64,000 nucleotides of DNA. Origin: the human T2T-CHM13v2.0 reference genome, Homo sapiens. Position numbers and translations under genes: made by a program. Shown here piece by piece: positions 1 to 14,930 of this stretch (position 1 is the first letter of the stretch; each line of letters opens with the position of its first letter). The DNA lies in NCBI RefSeq assembly GCF_009914755.1, contig NC_060934.1; one strand, given 5' to 3'. The notes under the pieces are model-generated. The model searched no databases. It worked only from the letters and a program-made list of their open reading frames with translations, and had not been told where the DNA came from.

Positions 1-974
1 TGCTGCTGATGGCCCTGGGGTCAGTGGGGAAGAGCACCAGGCAAGAAAGGAAAACATGTCTGTGGAAGGTGGTCCTTTGCCTGCCCTGCGAGATGAGGGG
101 AAGCAGGACTTCAGGAGCCAGAGGTCTTCCTTCTTCATGTCCTTCCTGCCCAGCCTTTCTGGTAACAGATAAGGGAAGAGCATGGCTGAGCCTGCTATGG
201 AGCACACACCATGAAAGCCAGCCCCTCTCTGGGGGCACAGCTCTTACCCTCCAGCCCCATGCACGTTCCAGGCTCCATGACCTGGGGCCAGCAGCCACCT
301 GCTCCCATAGACAGGGAAGTGGGCTAGGCTGGGCTGGGCTGAGCCAAGCCAAGCCTAGGCTGCGGCCAGCGGAGCTCTTCTGCCCGCCTCCTCTCTCCCT
401 TTGTGGGATGGGACTGTCCCTTTTGTCCTGGTCATGCCACAGGGCTCGGTGGACTGTCCAAGGGTTCTTTGTCCTGATTGTAGTTTCTCCATTTCCTCTT
501 TGTTTTTCCACTGGGTGCAACTATCAGTCCATATCTGTGACCTGCATATTTTACCTGGACCAACAAGACAGGTGGCCTAGGGGCTGAGGGTGTGCCTGGT
601 AAACTCAGCCAGCACTCCCAAGATAGAGCCTGCCCAGATCAGCCTTAGCCAGCGATCTCTGCTGTTAAGAACAGTGCAACGCTTTGGCAATACCTCCCAG
701 AAAAATAGCTAGTGGGCAATGGCACTGGCTCAGCGCAGACCTGCCCTAGGTTTCTGGGCACATGACAGTGCCCACTCGCTCCATGGGCTTGAGAAGACTG
801 GCATTCAGGGCCTCATTTATGATGTCGGTGAAATGGAATTAACCTCCCACCCGTGTCTCCCTCTCTGTTGCTAAAGAATTCTGTAGGTAAGAAAGAGAAT
901 GCATAAAGCGTTTAGGGAACCAGGAGAAGAATTGGTGCATAAAACGTTCGTGAAACACTATGCTCCTGTTTTTT

Positions 975-1320
975 TTTAAATTGAGAAATAAAAATTCCAT
1001 TGTAGAATGGCTAAATCAAGCTAATTAATGTATTACCTCCCCTCCTTTTTGTGTGTGTAGAATACACTTAAAATCTACTCTGTTACCAATTTTCAAGTAT
1101 ATAGCACATTGTTATTGACTAGATAGAGTCACTAAGTTGTACAATAGATCTAACTGTTGAACTAACCAGTAGTTGAACTAATTTCTCTTAGCTGACTGAA
1201 GTTTTGTGCCTTTGACCAACATCTCTCCCCCATGTCCCAGCCTCTGGTAAACAGCATTCTACTCTCTGCTTCTATGAATTTGGCTTTATTTCAGATTCCC
1301 CATGAAAAGGCGATCACTGT
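975..1320 (-). mobile_element. Old L1 3' end fragment (L1MA-type)
   Basis: Characteristic L1MA 3'UTR wording (aaaatctactct...caattttcaagtata...tgtacaatagatct...ctttgaccaacatctc). Confidence 0.7.
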
Positions 1321-1334
1321 GGGTTTCATTTATT

Positions 1335-1625
1335 TTTAAATTTTATTTACTTATTTTGAGATAGGGTCTTATTCTGTTGCCCAGGCTGGAGTGCAGTGGC
1401 ACAGTCATGGCTCACTGCTGCTTCAACCTCCCCAGGCTCAGATGATCCTCCCATCTCAGCCTCCCTAGTAGCTGGGACACCCCTGGCTAATTTTTGTATT
1501 TTTTATAGAGATGAGGTTTCTGCCATGTTGCCCAGGCTGGTCTCTAACTCCAGAGGTCAAGCAATTCTCCTGCCTTGGCCTCCCAAAGTGCTGGGATTAC
1601 AGGCATGAGTCACTGCACCTGGCCT
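1335..1625 (-). mobile_element. Alu (J-like)
   Basis: Antisense Alu with a small internal deletion. Confidence 0.9.
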
Positions 1626-1687
1626 GACTTTGTATTTTAAATACAGCATAATTCTTGGTGAAGAAAAACACTGAAACACTGATGCAT

Positions 1688-1759
1688 TGTGGAAAAGGAT
1701 ACATTAGTTAATGTGGGAAAGGATACATTGGTTAATATGGGAAAGGATACATTAGTTAT
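1688..1759. repeat. 24-bp tandem repeat, 3 copies
   Basis: TGTGGGAAAGGATACATTAGTTAA-like unit repeated three times. Confidence 0.9.
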
Positions 1760-2153
1760 CACTCCTGAACTGTTTGTAACAACAAGGAAACCCCTTCATT
1801 CCCGTGCTAATCCTCAGAAACAAACCTGCCCAGACCCCGTTCTGTCCAGAATGCAGTTTCTGTTCTTTGTGCTCACTCCTTGGGTTCACATATTGCATTT
1901 CTCGATGTAGGCTCAAAATTATGTGAATTTTTATTTTTCTGGATACTGTTTTTCTTCCACTTCTTCAAATGTGACTATGCTTTCAAAAATTCAGAGCTTA
2001 AATGCCTGTGAGAGGAAAGGAACCGAAGGTGTAGGGGTGACCAGGTACGGACTTTCCTGGAGACTGTCTGAATTGTCTACAACTCAGGGACCAGGGAAAT
2101 ATCTTCTCACTATCCAGAGATAATATTTTATTGGTCAAAAATATTAGAAAATG

Positions 2154-2439
2154 GGCCGGGTACAATAGCTCAACGCTTGTAATCCCAGCACTTCAGGAGG
2201 CTGAGGCAGGTGGATTGCTTGAGCTCAGGAGTTAGAGACCAGCCTGTGCAACATGGCCAGCATGGCAACATGGCAAAACCCTGTTTCAAAAAGTACAAAA
2301 ATTAGCTGGGTGCGGTGGTGCACGCCTATAGTCCCAGTTGCTTGGGAGGCTGAGGTGGGAGGATCGCTTGAACCCAGGAGTTGAGGCTGCAGTGAGTCGT
2401 GTTTGCACCACTGCACTCTAACCTGAACAACAGAGCAAA

Positions 2440-2442
<3 letters not shown>
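2154..2442 (+). mobile_element. Alu (J-like)
   Basis: GGCCGGG start, two arms. Confidence 0.9.

Positions 2443-2443
<1 letters not shown>

Positions 2444-2488
<45 letters not shown>
2444..2488. repeat. (CT)n(AT)n compound microsatellite at an Alu 3' end
   Basis: Directly visible. Confidence 0.9.
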
Positions 2489-3047
2489 GAAGATGAAATT
2501 GGAGTAGTCAAGTTGTAAGATAGAAAAGGCCAAAGTAGAATGGTGGCTGCAGATGAAGATTGGGTACCACTCAAGATGGCTTTCATTCTGAGTTTTCACA
2601 TTTGTAAACTCAGAGGTCTGGCTCTTTTAATATATGGGTCCTTATTCTTAGAAGTAGGAGGCTGGCTTTGTCATTTAGGATTGTTTGGAAATTGGCATTC
2701 CTGAAATTCTCCCTTCAGGTCCTCCCTGGTCAATAAAGAACTTTGACTCTTGCGCCCTCGGTTGGACAGTGGTTTTGTGCATCAGAGGCTCCCACAGGGG
2801 AGTTGTTGGGAATAGGCTGGCTCTTGTTCTGTGAGGGACTAGGGGACTCATGCTGGTGCTCATAGCTCATCAAGAGTCGTAGCATTTTACTTAGTATCCC
2901 ATTGTATGTGTAGACAAATATAGATATTTTTTTCTCTGTAAAATGTGTGGCCTTGTAGATAACCATGCAGATTCAAGCTGCTGAAAGGCCTGATGTGGCC
3001 CTAGAAAGCCAGAATTTGAATGAGATTAGTCACAGCAAGTCAGCAAA

Positions 3048-3585
3048 TGTGGGAGATGGAAAACTGGCTTCCTCCACCCACCTAGGTTCTTTGGCTGGGC
3101 TACAAATTAAATGGACATAAAATAGATTAACAGGAGAAAAAACACAGTAATTATGTGTATATGCCTGGGAGTCCCACAAAATATGAGACTCAAAAGAAGG
3201 GTCCGAAGAGGGAAGCTTATATAGCCCCCTGAGCCACAGAAAGGAATAGGGACCTGGGGCTTCTGGTGGGTGGTGGAGACAAGTTATGGAAGAGTGAGGG
3301 GAGGAAGTGTAGGGTGAGTAAATGTGGTCTTGTTATGCCCATAAAATCTCTTGGTACATCACAGTTGCCTGGAGCAGCCCCAGTCCTGATAGAGATACTT
3401 TACTAATGTAGATTTTCTTGATGGATATCATTGTGTTTTACAAAAGGGCAGCTTTTCAGAGCCACTCCTGTGTCTGCAGTTTCTCAGAATAACCAGCCCC
3501 AAATATGACAAGTATAGTTTGGGGTGGTATATTCTGGCCTCCTACAGTTGCATTTTGGGGTGGTATTGTCCCGAGCCCCAACACA
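3048..3585 (-). mobile_element. ERV1-class solo LTR (MER34/MER39-like)
   Basis: Reverse complement begins TGTAGGAGGCCAGAATATACCACCCCAAA. A second LTR-start-like motif (TGTTGGGGCTC...ACCACCCCAAAATG) is adjacent at ~3556-3583. Confidence 0.55.
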
Positions 3586-3764
3586 GAAAAGGAGGGCAGT
3601 AGGAATTTAAGAATTTCAGATAAAGCATTCTCATTTTGGAAGGAGCAGTGGAGGGAGGCTGGAACAGAGAGAAAGTCAACTGCATTTGGAAGATGCAGTT
3701 TGAAAAACAATGAGATGTTTGTGCACAGGGCCTTTTAAAAATTATAATGATGGGAGGATGGAGT

Positions 3765-3933
3765 TGCAGGGATGATGGCATGAACCTATAATCCCAGCTG
3801 CTTGGGAGGCTGAGGCAGGAGGGTCACTTGAGCCCAGGAGTTCAAGGCTACAGGGCACAATGATTGCACCTGTGAATAGCCACTGCATTCCAGCCTGGGT
3901 AACATAGTGAGACCTGTCTCTAAAATAATAAAA
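3765..3933 (+). mobile_element. Alu monomer (right-arm/FAM-like)
   Basis: Single arm with A-rich tail. Confidence 0.75.
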
Positions 3934-4346
3934 TGATGGCCCAGGGAGTGGATGGCTCAGAGGTGAAAGGTTTTCTGAGCAGCAGGAGAATGAAGCTGGG
4001 GAGGAGATAAGGCCCAAGCCTCTGGGGCCATGATCTGTGATCGCAAACAAACAGGATTATTCTGTCGCAGAAAGAATTGGGAGTGTGGATTTCAGAGGTG
4101 TACAGGGGCGAAACTTGGGAATGGCCCTTCCAGAACTGCCATGGTCCCTGCTAGAAGCTCCAGATCCTGGGTAGAACAACATGCCCCAGATTCACTGAGG
4201 AGGTGAAGGAGCAGCATTTCATGCCTCTGAGAGGCCCCTGAACCCTGGATTTACCCTGGGTTCAGGTGTCAGTAAGCAAGTCTGCCAAGATCGAAGATGG
4301 ACAACATTTAATATACAATGATAGGATAGCTGAGCTCACCTCTGGA

Positions 4347-4878
<532 letters not shown>

Positions 4879-4942
4879 AGTTCTTCGTTATTTCTGATGT
4901 TTGATCAGCGCATCCTGTGCTGAGTTAAGAAAACAGGATAAA

Positions 4943-5231
<289 letters not shown>

Positions 5232-6000
5232 ACAGGATAAACCCCTACTGTTTTTAAAGCAATTTACATTACAATTCCAAGTGAAACCAGAAGCATGACT
5301 TTTAAGTAGCAGGAACATTGAGATAATGGAAAACTTGGAGCCTTTGAGAAAACAAAGCACAAAGCTGCTCTTGAACACCTTGCCATGAAAGTAACAAAAC
5401 GCTGAAGCATGTTTATAAGTCAGGGCTGAAAATCATGATGAAGAGGAAAAGCCAGGTGACTGCTGTCAGTTTCAATACCTTATCCTGTTTCTTTTATCAT
5501 GAAATTGAGTAGTTCGTCAGCAAGAAGGTCAGGTCTGAGCATCTATTTAAACTCTTAACCTTGAGACTGTGATGCTTATGTGATGTGGGAAATTGTATCT
5601 GCTCATTAGAGCTCTGATATGTAATTGAAATCTGAGATTACTTATCTGCCTTGTCGTATTTAAACCACTGATTATGGCTCTGACATTTTTGTTACTCTTC
5701 AATCAACCAGTATATAAAGGATTCAGAATCTCTTGGAATTAAGAAAAAGCTATTATCTTCCTGGTATCAATTATAGCGCAAGTAAAAAGCAATGCCTTTT
5801 TTAGCCAAAACTTTGCAAAAGTACATGCTGGGATCTCAGATCTTTCCTTGATGCCCTTCACTTTAACCCCTACTTTTATGTGTGACACAAACCCGGCCAC
5901 TTCTCACCTTGGAGGCGAGCAAGCTCCATACCCTTCTTCCACTCCTGCTCCTGTTGCTGTTGTTACAGCTGTCAGAATGGCCTTCTAAAAACAACTCAGG

Positions 6001-6434
6001 GGCCAGGCCTGGGGGCTCATGCCTGTAACCCCAACACTTTAGGAAGCCGAGGCAGGAGGATCACTTGAGCCCAGAAGTTTGAGACCAGCCTGGGAAACAT
6101 TGGGAGCCCTTGTTTCTACAAAAAATGTTTTTAAAAAATTAGCAGACGTGGTGGCTTACACCTGTAGTCCCAGTTATTTGGGAGGCTGAGGCGACAGGAT
6201 CACTTGAGCTCAGTAGTTTGAGACCAGCCTGGGTAGCATAGGGAGCCACCATCTCTACAAAAAATAAAAAAAAAATATAGCCGGGAGTGGTGGCGTGTAT
6301 CCATGGTCCCAGTTACTCAGGAGGCTGAGGTTCAGAGGATCGCTTGAGCCCAAGAGGTCGAGGCTGCAGTGAGCCATGATTGCGCCACTGCACTCCAGCC
6401 TGGGCAACAGAGTGAGACGGTGTCTCCAAAAAAA
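6001..6434 (+). mobile_element. Three-monomer Alu (J-like)
   Basis: Left arm + chimeric arm + right arm. Confidence 0.85.
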
Positions 6435-6584
6435 CAGGCGAGTCCTTTCCCCGTGTAACCCTCAGTGGCTTTCAGACTCCTCATGGGTCTCAGCGAGGCC
6501 AGGTCATTGTCATTGTTACCTGCTTCTTGGGTCTCCTGGCAAACTTTCTCCTCGTTGCCTGCTTTGTTTTCTTAAATGGCCTGA

Positions 6585-6979
<395 letters not shown>

Positions 6980-7071
6980 TCTTCCCTCGAGTTCTAATGA
7001 CTGACTCTTTTTTCACTCTTCATGTCTCAGCTTTGAGAAGCCTCCCTTCCCAGGGAGTGCAAGAGGAATAA

Positions 7072-7410
<339 letters not shown>

Positions 7411-9248
7411 TAGAGCCTAGAACAAACAATGCCAGCCAGCCCTTCTTCTGTTTGGCTGATTACAGTTTCTCTCTTGAGTGGCTGTGAATTAATTCAGTAA
7501 ATATTCAAGTGAAATTTATTGCTTAGTTTTACAATTCCTCGCCCACAGCCACTTTAGCAGTATGTGTCTGTGTGTGCATGTTGGAGGGGGCATTGTTGGA
7601 TGTGTGGGAAGAGCAAGAAAATCACATTCTTTTTGCATCGCTCTGTAAACTCATGAATCATTGGTACAGCTGTCCCCTGGCTACTGGGAGCATGGCCGTG
7701 CTTTATGTTTCTTTATTGTGTTAAGGTGAAAGATGCAATAATTTTGGTGGTAGAATTTTAACACTTTGAGGACTGGAGCCAGTAAATACCTTCTAAGTGC
7801 CTGGGATTGTGCAAGGTGCTTTACAAATATAAACTCAGCTCTGAAAGCAACCCATCTACTACCTACTGTTGCCCATTGCATAGACAAAGAAACTGAGGTC
7901 CAGGGATGTTAAGTAACCTGTCCAAAGTTACTCACCTCTCATGAATTTGGAACCAGATCAGTTGATGCTCATATTTGATGGCTGTGGTGCTGTTTTCTCC
8001 TACAAGATGTCAGAATCGTGTAATTCGTATATTAAGTGCTTTAATTTAGACTTTATCATTTCAGAATTTTTAATAAGTGGGTTAAAGAGTGAGTTGAGGA
8101 TGCTGCATTATGTATGAGAGAACAGTGTGAAAACATCGGAAGCAGGAAAAGCACATTTTCAAGGCATTGAACAATACTTATTCCCTACAATTAGTGTGCT
8201 GTTTACCAGCTATTCTTTTTCTTTTTTTTATCATGTAAAGAGGTTAGAAGAAAGGAACAAAAGATTTAAGTCTTCCTTCCTCGTGATTGTACTGCTTTAT
8301 TGCACTGCTTGCAGACTGCAGTAGAAAATAAGCTTTTAAGACTTTCTAGATTTTCAGGCTTTCTACTAAGCTGTTGTAGCTTCTCCATCCCACATCTGGG
8401 TTTGCTCACTTTATTTCTATGTGCCAAATCATGATTGAGACTCGTTGAGACACACAGTAGACCACAGGTTGCCATATTTAGCAGAGCAGGGAAAGAACTC
8501 TGGAGAGTTTGCCTTTTTGATTAGGGAGAAACGCTGTGGGAGGTATTTGTTGAGCAGCTACTCTGGGCAGGACCCTGAGAACTATCAATTTTTGGATGCG
8601 TGAAATAGACCAAACATGAAACCTACTCTGGACGCAGGTTCTCTCTGAATCAGGCAAAGCTTCAGGCCTCTGAAGGCCTCATTCAGGAGCATGTTATCCA
8701 TGGCAGGGAGGGTGTGATGCCTGATTAAAATTCCAGCTGCTTGGCTCCCACCAGGAGCTCACCACGATTTCTGAGTTGCTTGGGATTTAGCCAACTGGTT
8801 TGCAAACTGCATGTAAGGTGTGTCTGTGTTTGTTAAAAACAATGACTTCTCAGCAGGACTCAGTAATGGGTTTCCACGGAGAGAAACATTACCAAGAGAT
8901 GAATGCAGGGGCGTGATTGTCCTGTGCACTAAGAGCCTTCAAATCCTTTCCCCATATTTGCAAGGTGTTGAAGTACCGCTTTTAAGGCAAAACTAAATGA
9001 CGAGTTATAAAGTCAAAACACGTGAGCTTTAATTATTGCTGGAATAAGCGGGATTCTCATCAGCAGGGCAGCTTCCAGATGTGCTTTTCTTCATTTTGAC
9101 TAGATAGGGAGAAGAGTGAGGGGGCATGGCGTGGAGAAAGAAAGGTAGATATACAAGAGGCGGAGACTCAGGCGCAGGTAGAGTCAGAGGCAGGTTCAAA
9201 GACACACAGAGACACATAGGTGAAGATACATTCGATGTAAACAGCTTA

Positions 9249-9701
<453 letters not shown>

Positions 9702-11304
9702 CTATGATGGTGTTGCCCTTTGCCCAGGATGTGAGTAATGAGAGTAACAGAATTCAGGGTTGACCTGACTTTCCTGCAGAGGTCTGGGAAGACCTCCATG
9801 TGACAGCCTTCCCATGTCACTCCCTGCGGGTTCCAAGAATCTCAGGCCTTTGCAGCTGGGATGGCATGGCATAGACATGTGAGACACCCCCTCCTTGTTT
9901 GTATGAGCGAAAGGGCCAAAAGAATAGGGTGGAGGTCCTGGCTGGCTGCCCCCGTGGGCTGCTATGGATCTAGATGCAGAAACTCTGCTGATTCGTTCCC
10001 CTGGAGGAGAGGTTGCTCTGGGAAACTGCAGCTGCCAAACCTACTGGAGACTGATTTGCAAATAAGGACTCCAGCCTGTTCACATACAGGAGCCTCCGTG
10101 AGTGGGGAGGGCAGTTGGGTCAGGCTGAGGCTCAGAAGACACGTATGCCTGTCTTGGCTCTGCCCTTGCCCCTGAGTGGTTCTGAGCTCTCAGGCAAGAT
10201 GCTGAACCGCTTGGCTCCAAGTTCTCATCCTCAGAACCCAGGAGGACTTGAGCATCTTGAGAGTGGGAGCTTATCTGTCTGGTTCACCAGCCCAGGTGCC
10301 CGCAGGTGATGGGGAATAAATAGGTCCTTCTGAAACCGTGAATAGTCAGGGAATGATACCCATGTGCCTCTCCTGTTGTAAGGATCAGTCATGAGGAAGC
10401 TCTGAGGGACGGTAACATGTCAGCTGAGGTGAGCGGCCGTGGGGTTATTCCCATTCCTGACACTTCGCAGCCCCTGGCTGAGGCACCCCCATCCTGGTCC
10501 TTGGGTACCTGCCTGAGAAACCACACTTGGAATCGGAAGGACACTTGGTGAGTGTGGAACATCAGCCTCCGATGCAGAATGGATGTGTCTTGCTGGCTGG
10601 GGGAGCACTTGGAGGGGGTCCCCGAGGCACCCCTGATAATACAGCCTGGGGGTGGGGGGGTGCCCTGGTGGGTGTGTCTTCCCTGGCCAGTGCAGAGGGG
10701 GACAGCTACATTTTTGTCACTCCTCTGTTTCTTCCAAACTCCTTGTTGGCTCCTTCCCTTAATCCATGTTGCCCTGGACAAAATCCAGCTAACCGGATCC
10801 CAGCTGGGTTCCGTGTATTGTATCCAGGACCTGGATGAGATTTGGAAGAACTTGCTGAGCACATCTGGGGAGACCCCTGCGTCCCCAGCAGTGTGGCTGA
10901 GCTCTGCCTTGTTGGGGCCTGCATCCTCCCTTGTACGAAGGCAACCTTGTTGCTGGTACCCGTGTTTAAATATCTTTTTCTGACTTACATAAACAGCACC
11001 TATGTGTTGCTTTTATGTGTGTGTGTCTGTACATAGACATCTGTGTACGTGAATATACATATGTATTTAGGTATCTTTGTGTAAGTTTATATATAATTAT
11101 CTGAAATAAGCTCATATTATATACACATTTCTTAATTTGCTGGGTTTTTTTTCCTACTTATCACCTAACTGGGAGTTATCCTGATTGTACATGCAATCCC
11201 ACTCACCTTCGTTAACAGCCATTATGTTACTGAGGGGTGATAGCGATGGGGGGTCTGTCCCCTGCCAGGTGCTTGGGGAAGCTCTAGTGGTTGGCCAGAG
11301 CTGA

Positions 11305-11836
<532 letters not shown>

Positions 11837-12282
11837 CATACTCTTTATCAGTGCTATCTATGTGCCTGCCTCCAACATTACCCTGCCCCTTCTCATTTAA
11901 TTTGGATTCTGAAACCAGATACCAAACCTATTAGACTAGACTGTAAGAGAAGGCTAAGTGTGTTTTTTCAGAGAAGACCAGGTGGAGCTTTTTATTGAGT
12001 AATGTGCAGGATCCTTTAGTGCAAGCTCTGTGTCACATGACTTGGTTGAACAGAAATGTTTGTGTTTTCTGGGGTCCTGGTTGTGTTTCAGATGGGTAAG
12101 GGGGTACTGGTTTGCTTGTTAAGTGGCTTGTGAATAGGTAGGATGTTACTGTAATTCTCCTCTCTAGAGAAAATACAAGGACTTTAATGACAACTTGTTG
12201 AAAGCTCCTTCTGTGTCTTTTTGAATTCAGTTTTATATTCTTTTCTTATTAGTATTCATAAGTAACTCATTTTCCTTTCTTC

Positions 12283-12570
12283 CTTTTTTGAGGTGGAATT
12301 TCGCTCTTGTTGCCCAGGCCGGAGTGCAGTGGTGTGATCTCGGCTCACCTCAACCTCCACCTCCTGGGCAAGCTATTCTCCCGCCTCAGCCTCCCGAGTA
12401 GCTGGGATTACAGGTGCCCACCAGTACGCCTGGCTAATTTTTGTATTTTTAGTAGAGACAGGGTTTTGTCATGTTGGCCTGGCTGGTCTCAAACTCCTGA
12501 CTTCAGGTGATCCACCCGCCTTGGCCTCCCAAAGTGCTGGGATTACAGGTGTGAGCCACCACGCCTGGCC
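12283..12570 (-). mobile_element. Alu (Sp/Sq-like)
   Basis: Antisense dimer. Confidence 0.9.
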
Positions 12571-12616
12571 AAGTAACTCAGTTTCTATTATATTTTTTAA
12601 GAATCTCACTTTAGTG

Positions 12617-12835
12617 GTCAGGCCCAGTAGCTCATGCCTATAATCCCAGCATTTTGGGAGACCGAGGCAGGAGGGTCGTTTGAGACCAGCAGGGTGTAGT
12701 GGCACACAGCTGTGGTCCCAGCTTACTCGGGAGGCTGAGGCAGGAGGATCTCGTGAGCCCAAGAGTTTGAGGTTACAGTGAGCTGTGACTGTGCCACCGT
12801 ACTCCAGTCTAGGTGACGAGCAAGACTCAGTCTCT
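12617..12835 (+). mobile_element. Alu (J-like, internally deleted)
   Basis: Sense; the middle A-rich linker is missing. Confidence 0.8.
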
Positions 12836-12852
12836 GGGGGGATAAAATGAGT

Positions 12853-13154
12853 TTATTTATTTATTTATTTTTTGAAACAGAGTCTTGCTCTGTCACCCAG
12901 GCTGGAGTGCAGTGGCATGATCTCTGCTCACTGCAACCTCTGCCTCTGGGTTTAAGTAATTCTCCTGCCTCAGCCTCCTGAGTAGCTGGAATTACAGGTG
13001 CCCGCCACCATACCTGGCTAATTTTTATATTTTTAGTAGAGATGGGGTTTCACCATGTTGGCCAGGCTGGCCTCGAACTCCTGGCCTCAAGTGATCTGCC
13101 CACCGTGGCCTCCCAAAGTCCTGGGATTGCAGGCATGTGACACCGCCCCCGGCC
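12853..13154 (-). mobile_element. Alu (S-like)
   Basis: (TTTA)n tail, antisense dimer. Confidence 0.9.
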
Positions 13155-13821
13155 AAACCTGAGTTTTAAGATTCCAATTTAAGTTAATCAAGGAGTTTAG
13201 CTACAAAGAGATTTTGGGGAGATCTGTGTGCGAAGGCAAGGAAACCAAAAGGGTGGTCCGAGGCTCTTTTTTCTTTATTTCTCCTGACACTTGATTCAGT
13301 CTGGCCTTTCTCCAGGAAGGCGTAGCAGGATCTAGTTACAAATCGGTGAAATCATGAGCCCAGGGTGTGGGGGCCGGCTTAGTGTCACTCTGCGCTTCCT
13401 GCAGTGGGCCCTCAGCCACTAGAAAGTCACTTCTCTTTTGCGAGGAACCTGGTATTGTCACAAATAAGCCAATTTCAAAACTAAGTATGTTTGTGTTGGG
13501 GAGTGAGGAGTGAGTTTCAGCAGACACATGTATGCACACCCACATGAGCACAGTGCCACACTGAGCCCCCTTCATTCTGGAAGCAGTCCCTTGGCCCTGG
13601 ACCTGGTTGTGTGCCCCTTGAGGGGAGGATGAAGTTGACCTCAGCACTACCCGGAGCTCGCCCTTTCTTTGGTACACTCTGGTGTCCACAGGTGGCCTGG
13701 CTTAGCACCAGCCACAGTTTGTTCCTGGCCTCCAGGGTCTCTTTCCTGTCCAGCTCAGCAGCTTTGACCAAGTAAAATAGAGGACTTGGTCTGCTTGCTA
13801 GCAGAATTACATTTCCCCAAA

Positions 13822-14134
13822 TTTCTTTTCTTTCTTTCTTTTTTTTTTCTGAGACAGAGTCTCGCTCTGTCGCCCAGACTGGAGTGCAGTGGTGTGACCT
13901 TGGCTCACTGCAATCTCTGCCTCCCAGGTTCAAGTGATTCTCATGCCTCAGCCCCGTGAGTAGCTGGAATTACAGGCGCCTGCCACCACGCCCAGCTAAT
14001 TTTTGTAGTTTTAGTAGAGACAGGGTTTCTCCACCTTGGCCAGGCTGGTCTGGAACTCCTGATCTCAGGTAATTCGTCCCACCTCGGGCTTCCAAAGTGC
14101 TGGGATTATAGGTGTGAGCCGCGGTGCCCAGCCC
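13822..14134 (-). mobile_element. Alu (S-like)
   Basis: Antisense dimer flanked by TTTCCCCAAATTTCT-like duplications (~13812 and ~14138). Confidence 0.9.
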
Positions 14135-14612
14135 TTATTTCCCCAAATTTCTAATGCTTGGAGGCCAAGGGCAGATCAGAGCTGCAATAATAATGGGGAG
14201 GCATTATCCTTATGGTCATTAATATCCCCATTTATGTGACAGTCCCAGGGCCTGGGAGGTCAGGTGTCTTGCCTAAGGTCATGTGCTTGTCAAGGGGAGC
14301 TGGGAGGCATCCTGTAGTAGACTATGGTTGTTTGTGGACTGCTTGCCCTCCCTTCCACATCCTGCCTGCCTTTTGGGGAAGTCTGTCTCCCCATTCTGTT
14401 GAGTCTCAGCAGGTTGCTCCTTTGTTAAGGTTCCCTACCCTCTTCCAGCCAAGAGACCCAAGAGGAGCCAAGTAGATACTCCCTCCCTGGAAGTTAAACC
14501 GTGAGCTGAGATCCAGAAAATGGTTGGAGGACTGAAGTGCCCTCATTTCTGTCTCTTCAGATGTGGTTCCTTAGCCTCCTTGGGTTTTCAGTAAATCCCA
14601 TTCTTGCTTTAG

Positions 14613-14930
<318 letters not shown>

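Noticed and set aside
9-587. 192-aa ORF at the window start
   Set aside because: No recognisable homology or TACC2 match; low-information composition typical of GC-rich intron.
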